A stretch of DNA of 64,000 nt from Alphaproteobacteria bacterium (GTDB lineage: Bacteria; Pseudomonadota; Alphaproteobacteria; MPNO01; UBA830), in contig OZ251539.1 in the NCBI GenBank assembly GCA_965243135.1, forward strand, positions 5,706,250-5,770,249. The letters run 5' to 3'. A program made the position numbers and the translations under genes. The first letter of the stretch is position 1; the number at the start of each line of letters is the position of its first letter. Below the pieces are notes generated by a model, which did no database searches, was not told the DNA's origin, and saw nothing but the letters and a program-made list of their open reading frames with translations. Shown one piece after another: positions 57,300 to 64,000 of this stretch.

Positions 57300-58076
57300 T
57301 TGCGATTCCGGTGTCGCCATTGCTTCAGGGTGGTCGTGGCCAACCTGGCGGGCTTCCCTCTACGGCGTGCCGACGATGTTCATGGGCCGGCTCCTGCATC
57401 CAGAGTTCGACCGGCTCTCCAGCCTGCGCGCGGCGCCGGCTTGCCGTGTCCCGTCAAGGTGATGAGGCAGGTGATCGAAAAAATCCACATGCGGCACGTC
57501 ACCATCGCCTGCGGGATGACCGAAACAGTCCGGCGTCGACCCAGGCTTCCGTCGACGACGCGTTCGACCGCCGCGTTCCCACGGTCGGACGGACGCAGCC
57601 TCGCCTTGAGGTCAAGAGCGTCGCCGGGAGCGTCGCGCCAGTCGGGGTCGCCGGCGAGTTCCGCACCCGCGAGCATCATGCGCGGTTGCTGGGGCGACCC
57701 GGAGCGGAGGGCGAAGGCCGTCGACGAAAGCGGCTGGATGCATGCGGGCGGCCGGACGCCGACGGATGCTTCAATATCGTCGGCCGCATGAAGGACATGG
57801 CCGTTTGCGGCGGCGGGAACCTGCATCCCCGGGAGGGATTTGCTCCGCCCGAAGGACGTCCAGGCGTTCGGCGTCCCCGACGACAAGTACGGCGAAGAGT
57901 TACGCATCTGGCCATGCGGACGCGCGAGGAGCCGATCAGGTTCGCCGGCTTGCGGAGGAGGGCAACGCGACCGCACGGCGGCTCGCGCGGACCGCTCGAC
58001 GCCATTCGAGAAGCGGCGACGCCGGTCCGTCCGAACGACCGCCGCGGGGCGCTTTTGCACGCTGCGTCAATGGTGA
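57300..58076 (+). pseudogene. 3' fragment of an acyl-CoA synthetase (AMP-binding) gene, frameshifted
   Basis: LYGVPTMFMG.LLHPEFDRLSSLRA; VMRQVIEKIHMRHVTIACGMTET; WGDPERRAKAVDESGWMH; DVQAFGVPDDKYGEEL. These lie in several frames. The N-terminal half is absent, and the fragment begins at the low-GC island boundary. Confidence 0.6.
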
Positions 58077-58116
58077 TAACCTTCCGCCCGCGCGGAAGAC
58101 AGATGGAGGATATCCG

Positions 58117-58950
58117 ATGCCGAAGGTTCTGACCGAGGAGCAGGTCGAGTTCTATCATCGGGAAGGCTACGTCTTTCCGGTCCCGGGGGTATCGAAGGAA
58201 CGCTGCCGGAAACTGCTCGACGGAGTGCAGCGGTTCGAGGAGCAGTACGGCGTCAACCCCGGGTTGTTCAAGCTCAAGGGGCATCTCACCATGTCCGAGA
58301 CGTGGGATTTCGTTCGCGAACCGGCGATTCTGGACGCGGCCGAAGACATCATCGGGCCGAACATTCTCGCGTTCGGGTCGCGTTTCTGGGTCAAGCCGGG
58401 CGGCGACGGCTCCTTCGTCTCCTGGCATCAGGATTCGGCCTATTTCGGCTGCCACCCGCACGACATGGTGACGTGCTGGGTGGCGCTCACGCCGGCGAAC
58501 AGGGAGAACGGCTGCCTGCGCTTCATGCCGAAATCTCACCGCGTCGGCTACGACCACGAAGAGAGCCACGAAAACGCGCCGGGCGACGCGCCGGGCGAGA
58601 AGAAGAACCTGCTCGGGCGCGGCCAGACGATCAAGGGACTCGACGAGTCGAAGGCCGTCTACGCGGAGCTCGAGCAAGGGCAGTTCTCGATGCATAACGA
58701 ACGCACGGCCCATGCTTCCTATCCCAACAACACCGGCGAGACGCGCATCGGATACTCGTTCTTTCTGATCCCGCCGCACGTGAAGTCGACGCTGGAACGC
58801 CGTCCCGCGACGCTGGTGCGCGGCGTCGACGAATACGGCCATTGGGATACGGATCCCGTGCCGACCGAAGAGAGCATGTCGGAATTGATCAAGATGATGA
58901 TCGCGCACAACGCGCAATACACCGATCCGCAATTCAGGCAGAACGCCTGA
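58117..58950 (+). CDS. phytanoyl-CoA dioxygenase (PhyH) family Fe(II)/2-oxoglutarate oxygenase
   Basis: 277 aa from MPKVLTEEQVEFYHREGYV, with a GGAGGA RBS. Contains WHQD..H pattern residues. Confidence 0.85.
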   Translation: MPKVLTEEQVEFYHREGYVFPVPGVSKERCRKLLDGVQRFEEQYGVNPGLFKLKGHLTMSETWDFVREPAILDAAEDIIGPNILAFGSRFWVKPGGDGSFVSWHQDSAYFGCHPHDMVTCWVALTPANRENGCLRFMPKSHRVGYDHEESHENAPGDAPGEKKNLLGRGQTIKGLDESKAVYAELEQGQFSMHNERTAHASYPNNTGETRIGYSFFLIPPHVKSTLERRPATLVRGVDEYGHWDTDPVPTEESMSELIKMMIAHNAQYTDPQFRQNA

Positions 58951-59043
58951 GGGGCGGCCGTCTCCCGCCGCTGGCGGCAATCCTCGAACCCCGTGAAGGA
59001 AGTTTCCACGGCGCCGGCCGCCGGCGAGCGGCAGGGCGAAGCT

Positions 59044-59910
59044 ATGGCGCACGCCATGATGGCGTTCGCCGTGCTGATTCTCGGCCTCAACTACGTAGTC
59101 GGGCGATGGGCGGTCGGGGAAGTGCCCGCCTATACGCTCGGATTCACGCGCTGGGCGATCGGCGCGCTCCTGTTGCTGCCGTTCGCTTGGCGCCACGTCC
59201 TTCGCGACCGTCAACTGATCCGCGACAACTGGCGACTGCTGGCCGTTTGCGGATTCGTCATGCCGTTCGTCGGAGCCGGGGTGACCTACGTCGCGCTCAA
59301 CTACACGACCGCCATAAACGGCAGCGTGATACAGACCTCGCTGCCCGTTCTGATCGTTCTGTTTTCCTGGGCGATACTCGGCAACCGTCCAGCTACCGTG
59401 CAGCTTGCCGGCACCGCGCTCGCCATAGGCGGAGTGCTTTACATCGTTTCCCGGGGCGATCCCTCCGTCCTGTTCGGCCTGAGGTTCAATTTGGGAGACG
59501 CGATCCTGATCGTCTGCAACGTCGGGCTCGCGATCTATGGCGTGGTGGTCAAGAAGGTTCCGAGCGCCATGCACCCGTTGTCGCTGATCCTCGTCGTTTG
59601 CGCGATCGGCGCGCTCTGCCATTTGCCGTTCTTTTCGGTCGAGATCGCGACCGGGCAAGTGCCGCGGCCCAGCCTGGCGGCAGTGGCGTCGCTGACGTTC
59701 GTCGCGATCTTCCCTTCGGTCGTCGCCGTCATCGGCTGGAACAACGCGATCTCGCGATTGGGACCCAACCGCGCCGGCTTCTACATGTATCTGGTGCCCG
59801 CCTTCGCGACCGCATTCGCTATTCCGCTGCTGGGCGAAACCGTCGGCCTGTTTCACCTGATCGGTCTCGCCCTGATCGTCACCGGCGTGACGCTGGCGGC
59901 GCGAAAGTGA
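59044..59910 (+). CDS. EamA/DMT family transporter
   Basis: 288 aa with 10 predicted TM segments and a duplicated EamA pattern. Confidence 0.85.
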   Translation: MAHAMMAFAVLILGLNYVVGRWAVGEVPAYTLGFTRWAIGALLLLPFAWRHVLRDRQLIRDNWRLLAVCGFVMPFVGAGVTYVALNYTTAINGSVIQTSLPVLIVLFSWAILGNRPATVQLAGTALAIGGVLYIVSRGDPSVLFGLRFNLGDAILIVCNVGLAIYGVVVKKVPSAMHPLSLILVVCAIGALCHLPFFSVEIATGQVPRPSLAAVASLTFVAIFPSVVAVIGWNNAISRLGPNRAGFYMYLVPAFATAFAIPLLGETVGLFHLIGLALIVTGVTLAARK

Positions 59911-60380
59911 CGGGGCGACGCGGTTTCTTCAAGCGTCGCGACCGGGGAGCGATGCCCGCCGATCTCCGCCGTTGATTCTCCCGTTCTCGCGCGGCGAAGC
60001 GGGCCGAGATCCGGTCGACGGGCGCGACGCTCTCCGCGCGCCGTCGCCCGCTGGATCCCGCGTTGGGTTGCGGGCCGCAGGAACCGTCGGCGTTCGTCGG
60101 CTGCGGGTCGACGTTCCGCAGGGAAGCGGTCGACGCGGGGAACCGGAGACGCCTCTCCGCCTCTTCATCGGCGGCGCGCATGTCGCTCGGGAACGCGCGG
60201 CCGCCGCGGCGCAAGACGGAACGTGCCGCGGTCGGCTCCGTCGGTTCCGCGGGCAGCGGTCGAACTCCGGCGGGCTCGCGCAACGCGGGGCCGTCGGGGC
60301 CCGCGCTCCATTGCCGGAGCGAGAGGGCAGGCGCGGCACGTCGAGGGAAGGCTCTTCGTCCGTCGCGCCGGAGCCTTGCC

Positions 60381-61781
60381 TCAGATCACGCGTATCGAGG
60401 CCATCATCCCGCTCGCCTGGTGTCCGAGAACGTGGCAGTGGAACATCCAGTCGCCGGGGTTGTCGGCGACGAACGCGATCTCGACCCGTTCCCGCGGCTC
60501 CATGAGCGCCGTGTCGCGCCATTCCCGGCGCGGCGCGGGTTTTCCGTTGCGCGAAAGGATCCGGAAGGAATGGCCATGCAGATGGATCGGATGGTGCCAC
60601 GCCGTCGCGTTCGTCATGGCGATCACGTGACTCCGGCCGCGCTCGATGACCAGCATGGGCTTCGCCGTATGGTCCTCGGCGGCTACGCCGTTTACGAACC
60701 AGAGTCGGCCGGAGCGCAGGCCGCCGGGCATGCTGCCGCCCAGTTCGCCCATGACCGCGCCGCCCATCATGCCGCCGTTGAATACGACCTCGGTGCGCCG
60801 CGCGGTCCCGATATCCGGTTCCGGCAGAGGGTTGGCCGGCAACTCCATCGTCCAGTCCGGCGTTTCGCTCCTGAGCGGCTTCGCGCCGTAGACGAAGTCC
60901 AGGATCCGGTATTCCCGATTCCGGTAGAATCTGTCGACCACGGAAACGCGGCTGCCCGGCTCGCCTCCCATGTCGAGAACGACGTCGGCGCGCATCGCCG
61001 GACCGAGGACGACGAGGCCGCCGTCCGGCGCGTGAGGCGCCGCCGGTTGCCCGTCGAGCGCGACGATCGTCGGCTCGTGGTCCCGGAACTCGATGCCGAA
61101 GATCCGCGCGTTCGCCGCGTTGACGAGGCGCAGACGGACGCGCTCGCCTTTTCTGACGGCGAAGGCGTTCGGGGGGCGTCCGTTGATGGTGACCGTGTTG
61201 CCGAGCCGGCCGTTGTGGCTCATGTCGTGGGCGTTGTTGAAATCCCCCCGGATCCCGGCCGACCGGTTCAGCCGCCAATCGTCGAGCACCCACGTCACGT
61301 CGCGGTCGACGCGGATCGGGTCGATTTCCTCGACGACGAGCGGGCCGTAGAGGCCGCGCCCGACCTGCTCGGGACTTCGCTGGTGCGGGTGGTACCAGAA
61401 CGTTCCGGCGTCGACGGCGTCGAATTCGTAGGTGAAGGTTCCGCCCGGTCGAATGGGAGGCTGCGTAAGGTGCGGAACGCCGTCCATCGCGTTCGGCAGG
61501 CGTATGCCGTGCCAGTGGACGGTGGTTTCCTCTTCGAGCCCGTTCTCCGCGACGATGCGGATGCGGTCGCCCTGTCGAACGCGAATCTCCGGTCCGGGAA
61601 CCGCGCCGTTGTAGCACCAGACCGGGGTTTCGCCGTGCGGTTCGGGAACGAGGCGGGCGCGTCCGGGCGCGGCCCGCAGCGTCGAGGTTCTTCCGGCGGC
61701 GGCCGAACGCGGCAGCGTCGCCGCCAGCAACGCCGCCGCGTTCGACGACAGAAACGCTCGGCGCGTCAGCGTGGAAGACAT
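60381..61781 (-). CDS. multicopper oxidase with Tat signal
   Basis: MSSTLTRRAFLSS twin-arginine signal. Copper motifs HWHG, WYHPH, HPIHLHGH and HCHVLGHQASGM. ATG 61781 is favoured by the AAGGAG spacing. Confidence 0.9.
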   Translation of the reverse strand: MSSTLTRRAFLSSNAAALLAATLPRSAAAGRTSTLRAAPGRARLVPEPHGETPVWCYNGAVPGPEIRVRQGDRIRIVAENGLEEETTVHWHGIRLPNAMDGVPHLTQPPIRPGGTFTYEFDAVDAGTFWYHPHQRSPEQVGRGLYGPLVVEEIDPIRVDRDVTWVLDDWRLNRSAGIRGDFNNAHDMSHNGRLGNTVTINGRPPNAFAVRKGERVRLRLVNAANARIFGIEFRDHEPTIVALDGQPAAPHAPDGGLVVLGPAMRADVVLDMGGEPGSRVSVVDRFYRNREYRILDFVYGAKPLRSETPDWTMELPANPLPEPDIGTARRTEVVFNGGMMGGAVMGELGGSMPGGLRSGRLWFVNGVAAEDHTAKPMLVIERGRSHVIAMTNATAWHHPIHLHGHSFRILSRNGKPAPRREWRDTALMEPRERVEIAFVADNPGDWMFHCHVLGHQASGMMASIRVI

Positions 61782-62024
61782 GGGCATCTCTCCTTTCGAG
61801 CCGTCGGCAAGTGTCTCTTCAAAGCGTTCGCGCCGCAAGGGAGCGCTAGCGTTTCAGTCTCCCGTTGACATTCGCGCAGTCGGAAGCATTTGCGCTGTGG
61901 CATTTTTTGTCGGTTGCTGTCCGCTCGATGCCCCCATGGTCGCTCCGGCTGTCTGTCGGCACGCTCGCAAGGGTTGCGCAAACGGACGATTATGGAATAG
62001 AAATCGGAATATATGGCTGCCTCG

Positions 62025-62180
62025 GCACCGTGCGTAAACTCGGGGCGAGCCGGGCCGTGGTCCGAACGCGGCCGGCCGGCCGCGGTCGTGGAGCGGCTTG
62101 GGGCAGAATTTGCGAAAATGGCGGTCTCCGCGTGGAAAATTCGCAGTTTTCCGTCCCAGAATAAAGGAAATCCCCCGAAA
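62025..62180 (-). repeat. dispersed intergenic repeat family 1, copy c
   Basis: The reverse complement aligns with 5958..6130, including ..gcgttcggaccacggcccggct... Confidence 0.5.
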
Positions 62181-62353
62181 TATGACTGTATTTCAAGACG
62201 TTGGAAACCACGCAAGAGTCTCGTAATGGCATCAATTGATCTTGGGGATGGTCTTGTATATCCTGATGGCGTGCGAGCGATATGGTGCTCCAAGCTGCCG
62301 TGGCTTTCGGCTCGAACCTACCACGCCACGACAATTTGCGAGGTGAGGCTATC

Positions 62354-63388
62354 GTGAAGAGTACATACAGTTCCATCCCCACACACCAGATTGACTTTGA
62401 CCGAGAGAATCCGAGGATTAAGGTCGCCCTTGAGAAGTATGGTGACAAGCTCGATGACCAACGCATCCGCTTTGCACTACGGACCGCCACGGAAGGATCC
62501 GCCAGCGTTTCCTCCTATCGCTCTCTAAAGGACTCGATCAGAGCGGCTCGAGGTATTTCGGTACCTATCGTCGTTTGGCCCACCAATGGTCGATTCGTGT
62601 GCGTTGACGGCAACACCCGCCTAACCATCTACTACGAGCTCCACGAGGAGAGCGCCCCTGGCGATTGGACCACCATCAATTGTATCGTACTCGACAACCC
62701 GGACCAGCGGGACATCGAGACGATCCGGGTGACAGCCCACCTCGTCGGCGCCCGTGACTGGCCTGCCTACGAGAAGGCACGATACCTTCATTACCTGCGT
62801 AACGTCGAGTTCATGGACTACGACGACCTCATCGCCCGATGCGGAGGCAACAAGCGGACGATCAGCCAGCAAATCGAAGCCTACCACGACATGAACGAAT
62901 ATTACCGCGACGTAAACAGCGACGACGCGTTCAAGGTTGATCGATTTAGCGGCTTTGTCGAACTACAGAAGGCAGAAATCAAGGACTCCATCTACGGAGC
63001 GGGTTTCGACCTCCACGACTTCGGCCGCTGGATCCGTGACGGCCAAATATACCGACTGGCCGACGTTCGAAAGCTCCCCCGCGTTCTTGCAGACGACGAG
63101 GCGAAGGACACGTTCGTCAACGGCGGCATCCGATCAATCGAAGACGCCATCGCGGTTGCCGATGCCAACCGTCAAAAAGGCGTCCACACCCCGTCGGGCG
63201 ACATCACCGTCGCCGATGCCAGCATGACGATGTTGGCCGAAGCGCTGCTACAGAGGATCAAAGCCTTGGCGCGAAAGGACTATCTTGCCCTCCGTGACCG
63301 GCAATACGAGACTGCGGACCAAGACGTTGACACCCTGAGCGACCTTGCCGAGCATCTTCAAGACTTGCTTCAAGATGTCTCAAAGTAA
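62354..63388 (+). CDS. ParB-like nuclease (ParB/Srx fold) domain protein
   Basis: 344 aa from GTG 62354 (RBS gaggtgagg). IPTHQIDFDRENPRI and VCVDGNTRL match the ParB N-terminal domain. Confidence 0.75.
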   Translation: MKSTYSSIPTHQIDFDRENPRIKVALEKYGDKLDDQRIRFALRTATEGSASVSSYRSLKDSIRAARGISVPIVVWPTNGRFVCVDGNTRLTIYYELHEESAPGDWTTINCIVLDNPDQRDIETIRVTAHLVGARDWPAYEKARYLHYLRNVEFMDYDDLIARCGGNKRTISQQIEAYHDMNEYYRDVNSDDAFKVDRFSGFVELQKAEIKDSIYGAGFDLHDFGRWIRDGQIYRLADVRKLPRVLADDEAKDTFVNGGIRSIEDAIAVADANRQKGVHTPSGDITVADASMTMLAEALLQRIKALARKDYLALRDRQYETADQDVDTLSDLAEHLQDLLQDVSK

Positions 63389-63836
63389 CGCGCACCGCCG
63401 ACTGGTTGCTGCCGCCGCGCAAGCCATACGGCTACGCCATCCGACGATGTGCGTTACGACGGACCTCCTCGACGACCCCGGTGATCCGGTGCCCCCGTGC
63501 ATCGGCGGCCACCGTCCCGATATCATTGCCCGGTGCACCGCTGCCCGCCGCCGGTCGGTCATTATCGCGGAAGCCAAGACTGATGGCGACGTTGACAATC
63601 AACATACTCGAAGCCAGATCCGTGCCTTCGTGGATCACCTTGACGCCATAACGACGGACACCAATACCGGTACCTTCATCTTGGCCGTCAATGGACATGT
63701 TGCGGCTTCAGCAGGGACCGTACTCCGCTTCAACTGTCGCCAACGGGTGTCGTTCCGACTCCACATCAAGTTGTTCGACGGCCTCGATTTCTGGGCCTTG
63801 GGTCCCTTTGGAGCATCCCTATGGCGTTTGTCCTGA
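63375..63836 (+). CDS. small PD-(D/E)XK-like protein (tentative)
   Basis: 153 aa. It overlaps the upstream gene by 14 nt. GHRPDIIAR..(x)..VIIAEAKT resembles a D..E.K nuclease core. Confidence 0.5.
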   Translation: MSQSNAHRRLVAAAAQAIRLRHPTMCVTTDLLDDPGDPVPPCIGGHRPDIIARCTAARRRSVIIAEAKTDGDVDNQHTRSQIRAFVDHLDAITTDTNTGTFILAVNGHVAASAGTVLRFNCRQRVSFRLHIKLFDGLDFWALGPFGASLWRLS

Positions 63837-64000
63837 GACGCCAACCCGAACTCTCGCCCAAGCATGCGGCGTATCCCTATCAGCTCGACGCAATTCGCTC
63901 CGTCAAGGATCTCCCTTACGCCGCCATCTTCCATGAGCAAGGTCTCGGAAAGACCAAGATCGCGATTGATCTAGCTTTGCTATGGCTGCAGAGCGATGCG
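63821..64000 (+). CDS. SNF2/DEAD-like helicase, N-terminal 60 codons only (runs off the window)
   Basis: Not in the ORF track because it is open at the edge. ATG 63821 overlaps the previous gene by 16 nt. MAFVLRRQPELSPKHAAYPYQLDAIRSV..IFHEQGLGKTKIAIDLAL contains helicase motif I. Confidence 0.7.
   Translation, partial: MAFVLRRQPELSPKHAAYPYQLDAIRSVKDLPYAAIFHEQGLGKTKIAIDLALLWLQSDA

Noticed and set aside
57676-59856. 726-aa minus-strand ORF, and the 601-aa plus-strand ORF at 60063..61868
   Set aside because: They are antisense to PhyH/EamA and to the multicopper oxidase respectively. The sense genes carry unambiguous motifs.
1-64000. CRISPR arrays, tRNA/rRNA genes, prophage structural genes
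   Set aside because: I found no regularly spaced short direct repeats, no cloverleaf-like GTTCGA-type T-arm segments outside coding regions, and no capsid, tail or terminase-like ORFs when scanning both strands.

Overview
High-GC (about 65%) bacterial chromosome segment. The alphaproteobacterium-like assignment is only an inference from gene content. Intact housekeeping and catabolic units alternate with horizontally acquired, often lower-GC accessory cassettes.

Intact core units:
- amt
- a 1498-aa autotransporter plus IalB
- a six-gene UbiD/acyl-CoA operon
- an aldehyde dehydrogenase
- two TRAP dctPQM operons, with CMD-like, SDR and amidohydrolase genes
- PhyH, EamA and a Tat-exported multicopper oxidase

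Accessory content:
- three paralogs of an AAA-ATPase-like/PD-(D/E)XK protein
- VapBC-like and DUF1778/GNAT TA pairs
- a 33%-GC stand-alone P-loop NTPase
- a 55-aa plus 453-aa pair flanked by 218-bp direct repeats
- an ABC-type ATPase plus DUF4276 pair
- a type II R-M pair
- a Schlafen/AlbA_2 protein
- a low-GC DUF262 / DUF3696-ATPase / unknown-protein operon
- at the right edge, a ParB-like / PD-(D/E)XK-like / SNF2-helicase operon that runs out of the window

Most toxin or nuclease halves and all three IS transposases carry frameshifts or stops, while core genes are intact.

Best leads:
- the DUF262 operon, whose third gene can be rebuilt exactly by excising an IS
- the edge-truncated ParB/SNF2 operon
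- the stand-alone NTPase
- a G12 tract that forms the 17-nt spacer of the autotransporter promoter
- leaderless-type promoters conserved on all three PD-(D/E)XK paralogs

No rRNA, tRNA or CRISPR array was seen. All family names come from motif recognition by eye, not from searches.
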